This document shows, in pieces, positions 56,316 to 64,000 of a DNA stretch of 64,000 nt. How positions within the stretch are numbered: position 1 is the stretch's first letter; every line of letters begins with the position of its first letter. The position numbers and the translations under genes are program-made. This DNA is from Bacillota bacterium (GTDB taxonomy: Bacteria > Bacillota > Clostridia > Christensenellales > DTU072): positions 4,960 to 68,959 of the forward strand of contig WQYD01000001.1 in assembly GCA_009781445.1 (NCBI GenBank), given 5' to 3'. The notes under the pieces are model-generated. The model saw only the letters and a program-made list of their open reading frames with translations. It was not told the DNA's origin and did not search any database.

Positions 56316-57287
56316 ATGACGAACGACAAAACAACCTTTGATTCCGCCTTAAAAGCCTTGAGCTTTTACGGTGCTTTGATTTTGCTTAGTGCGATAGGCG
56401 CGCTTGGCGTTTATGTGTTTATTTTGCCTAACAATTTCACAATCGGCGGATTTAACGGCATTGCCATAATCGTTTATAATATTGTTGCGAAATATAACCA
56501 AACTCTTGCTTCGGGCATTTTTAACCCCGGAATATTTTCATTCATTTTAAATGTTCCGCTTTTTATTGTGGCGGCGATAAAAATCAATAAGCAATTCGCG
56601 CTTAACACCCTGCTTTCCGTTTCGGTTTACGCATTTTTGGTGTGGCTTTTTGAATTTGTGAGTTTTCCGCAATTCGCCGTGCCAAATCCTGATTCGGCAG
56701 GCATGATTCTTGCCGTGGTTATGGCGGGGCTTCTTATCGGAATCCGCCTCGGCTTTATGCTACTCATGAACCTTTCCGCAGGCGGAACGGATACAATCGC
56801 AAGGCTTGTGTACAACCATAATCCCACCATAAACGCCCAATGGCTTGTGCTGATTTTTGATGCGATTGTGGTTATTTCTTCGGGCATACTTGGCATTTCC
56901 GCACTTGAAAGCGGACATGACGCTTCGCAAGCATTCGTAATCATAATGTCGCCTGTGCTGTTTTCCTTTATCCATATGTACATTTGCAGTAAAACCGCCG
57001 ATGTTATCTTTAACGGAATTGAATCAAGCGTAGTTTTTAATATAATCACGGATAAACCCACCGAAATATCCGATTATGTGGTTAAAACTCTTGGCAGAAG
57101 CACCACAATCCTAACAGGCGAAGGGCATTTCACGCGCACAAGCCACAAATTGGTGCTTGTGGTGGTATCGCGAAAACAACGCGTAAATTTCCGCCGTCTA
57201 ATCCAAAACCTTGATCCTGATTGCTTTATGTATGTAACAACCACGAAAGAAGTGTCGGGTAAGGGGTTTGGCGGAAGAAAACTTTAG
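56316..57287 (+). CDS. YitT-family membrane protein (with C-terminal DUF2179-like domain)
   Basis: Typical YitT N-terminus (IGALGVYVFILPNNFTIGGFNGIA) and a soluble C-terminal domain. AAGGGGA SD. Confidence 0.85.
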   Translation: MTNDKTTFDSALKALSFYGALILLSAIGALGVYVFILPNNFTIGGFNGIAIIVYNIVAKYNQTLASGIFNPGIFSFILNVPLFIVAAIKINKQFALNTLLSVSVYAFLVWLFEFVSFPQFAVPNPDSAGMILAVVMAGLLIGIRLGFMLLMNLSAGGTDTIARLVYNHNPTINAQWLVLIFDAIVVISSGILGISALESGHDASQAFVIIMSPVLFSFIHMYICSKTADVIFNGIESSVVFNIITDKPTEISDYVVKTLGRSTTILTGEGHFTRTSHKLVLVVVSRKQRVNFRRLIQNLDPDCFMYVTTTKEVSGKGFGGRKL

Positions 57288-57467
57288 TTTTCAGGCTGTT
57301 GATAAAACCTGTGATAGGCACAAAAAGCGGAACTTTACGCTTAGTCATGTACGCTTCAGTACATTCCTGCGCCTAAAAACCACGCTTTTTTGCCTCTGAC
57401 AGGCTTTCTGAACAGCCTGAAGAAACACTCTTCACAATCAATGGTTTTGCTACGCGCCAAAAATAAG

Positions 57468-57515
57468 CAAGAAAGTATGCAAGAAAGTATGCAAGAAAGT
57501 ACGCAAGAAAACATA
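57468..57515. repeat. 12-bp tandem repeat GCAAGAAAGTAT x4 directly upstream of the DUF4405-like gene
   Basis: Copies at 57468, 57480, 57492 and 57504. The last copy is degenerate. Confidence 0.85.
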
Positions 57516-57533
57516 TAAGAAAGATGGGCAGTT

Positions 57534-57974
57534 ATGAAAAATAAAATACCCAAGATAATAACAGACATTCTAATGCTTGCAACGCAAATTGCTACGCTTG
57601 CTACTATGCGTGGCAATATGGTGGCGCATACGGTTGTCGGTTTTTCGTTTTTGTTCTTTATGATAGTGCATACTTGCCTAAATCGGAAATGGCTTAAAGG
57701 AATCACAAAAAGATTTTTAAAAGTTAAACCTAAAATCAAAGCGCAATACATTATAAGCGTATTGCTTACGGCTTTGTGGCTTGCCGTAGCAATAACGGCG
57801 GTTTTGGCTTTGGTGGGTTTACACGGTGTGAGAAGAATGCACGGAATACTTGGTGCAGTATCCTCTGTTTTTACGCTGGTTCATATCATTTTGCACCACA
57901 AGCGGATTGTGGCGTTTTTCAAAAGAAAGCAGGGGCAAAAAGAGGACGGCGCACAGCACACAGTGGCGGAATGA
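57534..57974 (+). CDS. Small polytopic membrane protein (DUF4405-like); the last codons are contributed by a repeat element
   Basis: Four hydrophobic segments with conserved His residues (AHTVVGFSF..., VHIILHH). The C-terminal GAQHTVAE is encoded by GCGCACA-type repeat sequence. Confidence 0.55.
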   Translation: MKNKIPKIITDILMLATQIATLATMRGNMVAHTVVGFSFLFFMIVHTCLNRKWLKGITKRFLKVKPKIKAQYIISVLLTALWLAVAITAVLALVGLHGVRRMHGILGAVSSVFTLVHIILHHKRIVAFFKRKQGQKEDGAQHTVAE

Positions 57975-58071
57975 TTTATTTAAGTACGAAGTACAAGGTA
58001 CGAAGTACGAATTGTGGTTTAATTCAGAATGCAGAATTATGGATTAATTAATAATGAGATTTAGAATCCAA
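57949..58071. repeat. GCGCACA remnant - [GTACGAA]x3 - [TTCAGAA/TGCAGAA] - reverse core (58049-58071)
   Basis: Its reverse complement is nearly collinear with 3261-3375. Confidence 0.9.
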
Positions 58072-58095
58072 TCTTTTTGTCTATTGCCCAAGAAT

Positions 58096-58116
58096 CGCGC
58101 CGAGTGGCGCGTTTTT
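58096..58116 (+). terminator. Intrinsic terminator after the DUF4405-like gene and its repeat block
   Basis: CGCGCC-GAGT-GGCGCG, followed by T5. Confidence 0.7.
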
Positions 58117-58147
58117 AGTTCAAGGCATTTTATTTTCGCGGAAGATA

Positions 58148-58176
58148 TTGACAATTTATCCCAAATATGGTAGATT
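58148..58176 (+). promoter_or_regulatory. Promoter TTGACA-17-TGgTAGATT driving a ~125-nt structured leader or small RNA upstream of the FokI-like nuclease gene
   Basis: Hexamers at 58148-58153 and 58171-58176, with TG at 58168-58169. Confidence 0.55.
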
Positions 58177-58284
58177 ATCAGTGCTAAACAATTTCATAAC
58201 CAATTACAGGTACGAGTTTTGCCATTCGTGCTTTCCGCCTGTAATTAGGAAATTGTGTAGCAACATAGGAGTAGCCGTTTGGGG

Positions 58285-58309
58285 TGCGCCCCTATGTGGG
58301 CGCATTTTT
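58285..58309 (+). terminator. Intrinsic terminator inside the leader of the FokI-like nuclease gene
   Basis: TGCGCCC-CTATGT-GGGCGCA followed by TTTTTATTTT. The SD and ATG follow within 25 nt. Confidence 0.7.
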
Positions 58310-58331
58310 ATTTTGAGGAGAAGAAAGACAA

Positions 58332-59849
58332 ATGAAATTTGAAAAATGTATTGAAAACATAGGAACAACGCTTGATTTAAAGCGTATAGCTTCGGCTTAT
58401 GTAGTTGACGGCAAAAACCTAAGTGATGACGAACTTAGAAAAGCCCTGTTAAAAACAGCGGGACAGTATTTTGACAAAAACAACATTCAAAAAAGGCTAA
58501 AGGAGCTTTTGTTAGCCGACAAGCGAGACGATAGAATGCTATCGTACATGATTTTAAGGGAAATTTTACTAAACAAAGACGATTTTATGCAGGAGCAAAA
58601 AGTGCTTGATAGCGAAATTATTGCTTATGAGCAACGCATTGTTGACGCTTCAAACGAACTTGACGAAAAAGCTATTAGCACCGATATGCAGTTTTTGAAA
58701 TTCGTGCTTGATGTGGCGTGGGAAAGCGGTGGCGAAATTTCACCAGACGAAAAAAATCTTATTGAGAATATTAGAAAAAGGCTAAATATCACATGGCGTG
58801 AATACAAAATACTTGAGGCAAAAATGGGAAAATTCCCAAAACAAAACAACGAGGTGCATTTAACAAGCGAAATTGATGCAGTTAGAAAAACCTTGCAACG
58901 CTGTGGCTTAATTTTCTCTATTAGAAATAATAGCGTGAATTTCGATATTATTCCCGAAGAAATTGCCGCCGTTTTACGCGAAGTGTACGCTAAAGAAATG
59001 AAGGATTTTGGCTACAAGCAACTATTGGGATCGAAATACATAAAAAGCAAAGATTTTTTAACAAATGCCCTAATCCGTGCTAACATTAAATGCAACCCGT
59101 ACGCTACAATCAGTCAACTTCAAGATTTAATTATTGAAAGAATAAAGCCCACAAATTTAATAGGTGGGTATTCGCCAAAAGACGGTTTGGCAAAGGAAGT
59201 ATTGGCACAATGGTGCATTGATTTGAAGTTGCAAAATTTCGCCAACTGCACGAAAGAAGAGATTATCAGGAGAATTATAAAATATTATGACGACATTAGG
59301 GAAATTAAGGTTGACACAAGTGACCCACGCGAAGCCCTTTTTGCGCTGTACGAACACCTTGCAAAGCGCGATTTGAAGCATTTAAGACAGCAGGGTATTA
59401 TCTGTAAGGATTTAGAATGTGAACGAAAATTTGAAGAAGCCACAAGCTATATGTTTGAAAAACTATTTAGACATAAGCCACTTCTGTTAGCCGGCACAGA
59501 AAGACCAGACGGCATTCTATCTTACCAAAACAAGCTGATAATGTGGGACAACAAGTCAAAAGAAACCCCCGTAAGGCTTAAAGATCACATAGCACAGTTT
59601 GATAGATACATAAATTTATCTGACAAACCTGTGGGCATATTTATGGTTATAGCAACCGATTTTACTGAGTGTTCCATTGCCGAATGCGCTAAACACGCAC
59701 TAAATAGCGACACGGTAATTTTGTTAGTTAGGGCGACAGATATAAAAGAACTTGCCCTGCAATGGCGTGCAAAAAATGATGAAGCGTCATTTAATCTTGG
59801 CTACTTCAAACAAAACGGTATATTTAAAAAAGACCATATTTTATTTTAG
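58332..59849 (+). CDS. Orphan nuclease: FokI-like PD-(D/E)xK cleavage domain fused to a TerB-like/SAP-like N-terminal region
   Basis: The C-terminus, FEEATSYMFEKL...RPDGILSYQNKLIMWDNKSK...HIAQFDRYI...IFMVIATDF, parallels the FokI catalytic domain (PDG...D-x-K). GAGGAG SD. AT-richer than its neighbours by eye. No methyltransferase is adjacent. Confidence 0.65.
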   Translation: MKFEKCIENIGTTLDLKRIASAYVVDGKNLSDDELRKALLKTAGQYFDKNNIQKRLKELLLADKRDDRMLSYMILREILLNKDDFMQEQKVLDSEIIAYEQRIVDASNELDEKAISTDMQFLKFVLDVAWESGGEISPDEKNLIENIRKRLNITWREYKILEAKMGKFPKQNNEVHLTSEIDAVRKTLQRCGLIFSIRNNSVNFDIIPEEIAAVLREVYAKEMKDFGYKQLLGSKYIKSKDFLTNALIRANIKCNPYATISQLQDLIIERIKPTNLIGGYSPKDGLAKEVLAQWCIDLKLQNFANCTKEEIIRRIIKYYDDIREIKVDTSDPREALFALYEHLAKRDLKHLRQQGIICKDLECERKFEEATSYMFEKLFRHKPLLLAGTERPDGILSYQNKLIMWDNKSKETPVRLKDHIAQFDRYINLSDKPVGIFMVIATDFTECSIAECAKHALNSDTVILLVRATDIKELALQWRAKNDEASFNLGYFKQNGIFKKDHILF

Positions 59850-59882
59850 TTGCAAACCATGTAAATCAATGTCTTGTTGGCA

Positions 59883-59914
59883 GAAAAAAGCAAGCCGTTT
59901 TCAGGCTTGCCTTT
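59883..59914. terminator. Bidirectional terminator between the nuclease gene (+) and the kinase gene (-)
   Basis: GCAAGCC (59890-59896) pairs with GGCTTGC (59904-59910). The A6 upstream gives a U-run on the minus strand. Confidence 0.65.
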
Positions 59915-59962
59915 GGCTTAGATTATTCTTAATACTAATTTCTACGCTTTGGTCAACTATAT

Positions 59963-61018
59963 TTATTCTTGACAAAGCAATTCTCTTTCTATTTCCTCTA
60001 CAAGCTTAAATTGAGTTCGCGCCCTGAAAAGATTGTGGTTTTGTTTGTGAATTTTGAAATAGGTGTCGCCGTTTAAATAATCGGTTAAAAAGCGCACACC
60101 GCATTCAAGCGTCATGATTAGTGCGCTAACGCTAAGGTGTTCTTTTTCGCAAGGGGTGATTTTATCGCCGAGGGCGGTGAGGTAGCCGTTTAAAAATGCT
60201 TGGTAATAATCTTTTAAAAAGGTTACCTTTGATAAATCTTCTTCGTCCTCAGTGGCGGAATTGCAACCCGAACGGATAGCATCGCCGAAATCGTAAAGAA
60301 GCGAACCGCGCATAACCGTGTCAAGATCAATTACCGCAAGGGCTTTATTTGTTAGTGCGTCAAACAGCACATTATTAAGTTTTGTGTCGTTGTGGGTTAC
60401 TCTTAGCGGAATTTTGCCTGATTTTAAAAGATTTGTGATAATAGGCGCGTATTTTTTCATTTTTAAAGCAAAAGCGATTTCGCTTTCCGCGCTTTTTACT
60501 CTTTTGAAAGAATCTTCGTTTACGGCTTTTTCAAATGCGGTATATCTTTTTTCGGTATCATGAAAATCTTTAATCGTATCCGAAAGTAAATTTGCGTTAA
60601 AATCGGACAAAAGGTTCGCAAAATTCCCGAATCCTATAGCGGTTTCATAAAAAATTTCCTCATTTTCTGCCGTTTGATAGCAAATTGCGCCCTCAATAAA
60701 CACGCAAACGCGATAATAATCATTCCTCTCAGCATAAAATCGTTCACCGTTTAAGGTTTTTATAAGAGTTAAGCCGTTACGCAAAGGATCTTTACCTGAG
60801 TTTATTAACTTTGTGCGCAAAAAATCCGTAACGAATTCCACATTGCGCATAAGCGCAGGAACATTTTTAAAGACATTCGCATTGATTTTTTGCAAAAGAT
60901 ACTTTTCACCGCTATCAAACACGCAAAGAAAGGTTTCGTTAATATGCCCCTCACCGTAAGCCTGATAGCTTAAGAGTTTGCCGTTTATGTTAAAATTTTT
61001 AAGTATTTGTTCAATCAT
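59963..61018 (-). CDS. APH/ChoK-fold sugar kinase, N-acetylhexosamine 1-kinase-like
   Basis: GEGHINETF nucleotide-loop-like motif, HNDTKLNNVLFD catalytic loop, IDLDT metal-binding motif. Confidence 0.7.
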   Translation of the reverse strand: MIEQILKNFNINGKLLSYQAYGEGHINETFLCVFDSGEKYLLQKINANVFKNVPALMRNVEFVTDFLRTKLINSGKDPLRNGLTLIKTLNGERFYAERNDYYRVCVFIEGAICYQTAENEEIFYETAIGFGNFANLLSDFNANLLSDTIKDFHDTEKRYTAFEKAVNEDSFKRVKSAESEIAFALKMKKYAPIITNLLKSGKIPLRVTHNDTKLNNVLFDALTNKALAVIDLDTVMRGSLLYDFGDAIRSGCNSATEDEEDLSKVTFLKDYYQAFLNGYLTALGDKITPCEKEHLSVSALIMTLECGVRFLTDYLNGDTYFKIHKQNHNLFRARTQFKLVEEIERELLCQE

Positions 61019-61028
61019 TTGTTTATAT

Positions 61029-61182
61029 CAGCGCACAGCGCACAGCGCACAGCGCACAATGGTGGAATCTAAATCTCATTAAGATAAACTCTTAATATAA
61101 TAATTCCTCAATTTTAGCCGAGCCACATAGTGGCGAACGCCAAGGTTCTGCCACAGGCAGGTTCTTATATTTTATATTTTTC
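61029..61182. repeat. [CAGCGCA]x4+core (61061-61083) - AAGATAAACTCTTAATATAATAATTCCTCAATT - unique ~50 nt - [TTATATT]x2
   Basis: Intergenic inside the GH2-kinase operon. The core-proximal linker is nearly identical to 46141-46177. Confidence 0.9.
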
Positions 61183-61192
61183 TGCGATATTT

Positions 61193-62914
61193 TTAAAGCA
61201 GAACGAGTTTTGAGTTAATTTCCCTAAGCGTATCCATAGGAATTTTGATTATTTTTCTATCGTAAGTTATTAAACCGTTGATTTCGTCCTCTACATCGGT
61301 GATTTGAGTGTAGACTGTGGCGGAAAGCCCCTTGTTTATCAGCGGAATAATTTCATTTTCGTAAAGCAATTTGTATGCTTTTGAAAAATCTTCCGTGGTT
61401 TTGAATTTTTTATAGCCGAAAGCCTTATCGTTATTAAACACATGGTTTGGAACTTTTACGCTGTAGCCACCGAATTCGGATAAAATTATGGGGCGGTTAT
61501 CCTTTTTAATCTTAACTTTGCGGAAATAGATATGCAGGCTTTTAAAATCACCGCCCCCTTGATCGTGCCAACCGCTTGCGTGATCTATCGGGCGCGTGTT
61601 ATCCTGCTTTTTCACAAAATCGTACACCTTTAATGCGTCAAATTGCCCCCAACTTTCATTGAAAGGAACCCAAAGGCAAAGGCTTACGGAATTATATAGC
61701 GTGCTTATGGTTTTTTCCGTTTCTTCAAAAAATTCATTTCTGCCTTGTTCGCAGGTTCTGCCTGTTCTTTTGTAGCCACGGCTACCGAAATCCTTTGTTT
61801 TTATGCCAAGAAATCCCCTAATGCCGTTCTCAGGCGTGTTTGCACCGCTACCGCCGTTTATCATATCTTGCCAAACAAGCATACCAAGGCGATCACAATG
61901 GTAGTACCAACGCAAGGGTTCAATCTTTATATGCTTTCTAAGCATATTGAATCCCATTTCCTTGGCGGTTTTTATGTCGTAAACCATTGCTTCGTCTGAC
62001 GGGGGTGTATAAAGCCCGTCTGGAAAGTAGCCTTGATCCAAAAGCCCGTTATGAAAACAGGGTTCATTGTTCAAAAATAAACGATTAAATCCTTCTTTAT
62101 CCGTACCTATGGAAAATTTACGCATACCGAAGTAGCTTTTTACTTCGTCCTCGCCTGCGGTAAGGGTTAAATCGTAAAGATTGGGCGAATCAGGACACCA
62201 GAGTTTGGCATTTTTAATTTTAATATCGCATTCACCGCTAAACGAAATATCTTCAACCGCCGTACCTTTAAATGAAATTTTTGCCTTTACGGTAACAGGC
62301 GCATTGGTTTCAACCGATATTCTAATAGTTTCTTTATCAATATCGGGCGTTAACTTAATATTTTTTATATAAGTTTTCGGCACGCTTTCAAGCCAAACCG
62401 TTTGCCAAATGCCCGATTGGGGTGTGTAAAAAATCCCGCCCCTCTTAAGCCTTTGCTTTCCACGCGCTTGCGTTCCTAAATCTGTGGGATCAAGCACGAT
62501 AACTTCAAGCGTATTTTCCTTGTCCTCAAAAATGCTATCCGTTATATCGCAAGAAAAGGGGAAATATCCCCCGCGGTTCTCGCCCACCTTTTTGCCGTTA
62601 CAAAAAACTTCTGAAAAATAATCCACCGCGCCGAAGTTAATAAAAACTCTATCTTTAATAAAGCCGTTAGGAAGATTGAAAACTTTTTTGTAAGCCAAAA
62701 TATCGCTTGGCAAAACAAGCTGTTCCACACCGCTTAAAATGCTTTCGGGGGAAAACGGCACTAAAATCTTGCCTTCGCTGATTGAGGCAGGACTTTTTAA
62801 AGAGTAATCCCAAATTCCGTTAAGGTTGAAAAAAGAATCCCTTTCAAGCTGAGGGCGCGGATACTCATTTAAAGGAACGGTGTCTACCGAAAAGGGGGTA
62901 AATAACCTGTTCAT
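61193..62914 (-). CDS. Glycoside hydrolase family 2 (beta-galactosidase/beta-glucuronidase-like)
   Basis: N-terminal sugar-binding domain character, WVPFNESWG (acid/base NE) and ILSEFGGY (nucleophile E). Its ATG overlaps the upstream stop (ATGA). Confidence 0.85.
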   Translation of the reverse strand: MNRLFTPFSVDTVPLNEYPRPQLERDSFFNLNGIWDYSLKSPASISEGKILVPFSPESILSGVEQLVLPSDILAYKKVFNLPNGFIKDRVFINFGAVDYFSEVFCNGKKVGENRGGYFPFSCDITDSIFEDKENTLEVIVLDPTDLGTQARGKQRLKRGGIFYTPQSGIWQTVWLESVPKTYIKNIKLTPDIDKETIRISVETNAPVTVKAKISFKGTAVEDISFSGECDIKIKNAKLWCPDSPNLYDLTLTAGEDEVKSYFGMRKFSIGTDKEGFNRLFLNNEPCFHNGLLDQGYFPDGLYTPPSDEAMVYDIKTAKEMGFNMLRKHIKIEPLRWYYHCDRLGMLVWQDMINGGSGANTPENGIRGFLGIKTKDFGSRGYKRTGRTCEQGRNEFFEETEKTISTLYNSVSLCLWVPFNESWGQFDALKVYDFVKKQDNTRPIDHASGWHDQGGGDFKSLHIYFRKVKIKKDNRPIILSEFGGYSVKVPNHVFNNDKAFGYKKFKTTEDFSKAYKLLYENEIIPLINKGLSATVYTQITDVEDEINGLITYDRKIIKIPMDTLREINSKLVLL

Positions 62915-63600
62915 TTCTTAAGCATTCTTTTTAAGTGTGCGTTAAGTTCTTTAAACGCACTTCTCACGCAAATATCGTCAAGAATTTCCATAAGTGCGCC
63001 AAGTTCCTTATCCGAAATTCCGATTTTATTTTTAGAAAGGTTTTCCGCACGGTTTTTTACCACAAATTTAACAATTTCGTCTACCGCAGTTTTATCTGCA
63101 ATTAGCTTATCTACCACTTTGCTTTTTGAGGCAAATTGTATAAATTCCTTATTCATGCGCTGAAAGCTTAATTTACCGCTGTTAATATCGGAATATTCCT
63201 TAATAATAGCAAGGTATTCAGGGCTGAAAGCCATGCAAACCCTTTCGTCTTCCTCGCAGGTGATTTCTTCCGCTACAAGTTCGGGTTCGGGTTCACTTAC
63301 CTCTGCAACTGTAGCCTTGGCTACAGAAACAACGGGTTTTGATACCATTCCGCGTGAGGAATAAGGCAAACCTGCCGTTAAGCTAACGGCTTCCGCTTGC
63401 GCATTTAATGGGAAAACTTCCAAAATCACCTTACCGTAAGGCACAAGCGTGCCTGTGCGCTTATCCACCGTAAAGGTTGCAATATCTGGCGTATCCAATC
63501 TGTGGATTTTTACGCCTGCGCCACCCGTTTTAATCTTCAATTTGTAAGCTATTGCAGGAATTGAGGAAAGTTCTATTGCCGTGGTTCTTATAATGTTCAT
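62911..63600 (-). CDS. Hypothetical protein (229 aa), first gene of the GH2/kinase operon
   Basis: ATG 63600 is preceded by AGAGGT SD. The ORF-track extension to 63708 just reads through a CCCTATG array. Confidence 0.55.
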   Translation of the reverse strand: MNIIRTTAIELSSIPAIAYKLKIKTGGAGVKIHRLDTPDIATFTVDKRTGTLVPYGKVILEVFPLNAQAEAVSLTAGLPYSSRGMVSKPVVSVAKATVAEVSEPEPELVAEEITCEEDERVCMAFSPEYLAIIKEYSDINSGKLSFQRMNKEFIQFASKSKVVDKLIADKTAVDEIVKFVVKNRAENLSKNKIGISDKELGALMEILDDICVRSAFKELNAHLKRMLKK

Positions 63601-63680
63601 TTTTACCTCTTTAATTTTTTTACTAATTTGCTTTTCACTAATAATAACACAGTTTCCAAATTTAGGCAATAGGCGAAATG

Positions 63681-63840
63681 AGGGCATAGGGCATAGGTTA
63701 TAGGGCATAGGGGCGGAATCTAAATCTCATTATGAGTAATGACGACTTACGATTTACGACTTACGAATGGTGGAATCTAAATCTCATTATTGAGGCAACA
63801 GGCAACAGGCAATAGGGGTGGAATCTAAATCTCATTAATG
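63681..63840. repeat. Three tandem units: [GCATAGG]x4+core (63712-63734); [ACGACTT-like]x3+core (63769-63792); [GGCAACA]x3+core (63817-63840)
   Basis: Read directly. The same core follows three different heptamers. Confidence 0.95.
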
Positions 63841-64000
63841 AATTTCCTTAACTATTTTTGTTCCAAATAGTAAACAATTCCATAGACGCTACATTGATTA
63901 TATCTTCTGCTGAGCAGAAAGCCACTGTATTTGTGGGATGTTGCGCCCAGCCGATAAATGTATAGCCTTCACGATAAGGGGCAAGTATTGTGTTGCCTAT

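Noticed and set aside
63681-63840. CRISPR-like look: a ~23-nt conserved repeat recurring three times with ~25-35-nt intervening sequences. Similar arrangements occur at 3086-3290 and 29041-29145.
   Set aside because: The 'spacers' are low-complexity tandem heptamers, not unique sequences. Arrays have at most 3-4 units and are scattered at many loci in both orientations. No cas genes are present.
1-64000. Possibility that the window is a prophage, an integrative element or a transposon-rich island explaining the repeats.
   Set aside because: No integrase, transposase, recombinase, phage structural or tRNA attachment features are visible. The genes are mostly housekeeping or envelope functions.

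Overview
This 64-kb window looks like a low-GC Gram-positive (Bacillota/Clostridia-like) chromosome. That placement is inferred from AddA, YitT, RmuC, lipobox signal peptides and sigma-A-type promoters. I recognised no rRNA, tRNA, CRISPR array, transposase or integrase.

Three things dominate the window.

(1) Heptamer-array/core repeat family. Nearly every longer intergenic region is filled by a modular repeat family that I cannot assign to a described class.
- Short tandem heptamer arrays (GCGCACA, CCCTATG, AATTCAG, TTCGTAC, GTTTCTC, GGWTGCA, GGCAACA, ATATTTT, ACGACTT) are each joined through an ATTCCACC-like junction.
- The junction leads into a conserved ~23-nt core, GGTGGAATCTAAATCTCATTATT.
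- There are about 20 core copies at 14 loci.
- Two composite copies sit in frame inside the addA coding sequence.
- Other copies donate start codons or C-terminal codons to neighbouring genes.

(2) Giant envelope-protein locus (1.3-27.1 kb).
- It starts with an acidic-repeat membrane protein, followed by three lipobox proteins of 916, 2954 and 3878 aa.
- None has a recognisable enzymatic domain. They share recurrent CxxC-D motifs and Big-like strand motifs.
- The 3878-aa protein has an MBG-like plus parallel beta-helix C-terminus.
- A separate ~2027-aa C-terminally anchored surface protein lies at 33.8-39.9 kb.

(3) Leaderless-type transcription. Several genes have near-consensus -35/-10 promoters ending 6-7 nt before the ATG, with no Shine-Dalgarno sequence.

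The rest of the window is housekeeping or accessory:
- Transport and membrane: AI-2E transporter, two GPH symporters, YitT, a DUF4405-like membrane protein.
- Redox and cofactor: QueG-like Fe-S protein, a tungsten-type aldehyde:ferredoxin oxidoreductase next to MoaD-like and ThiF/MoeB-like genes, TrxB.
- Hydrolases and metabolism: HAD-IIA phosphatase, U32 peptidase-family protein, M1 metallopeptidase, lipase-like lipoprotein, class IV aminotransferase, a GH2 plus sugar-kinase operon.
- Other: RmuC, an XRE/Sel1 mini-island, and an orphan FokI-like nuclease preceded by a promoter-plus-terminator leader.

All calls come from reading the sequence and ORF translations. No database search was run.
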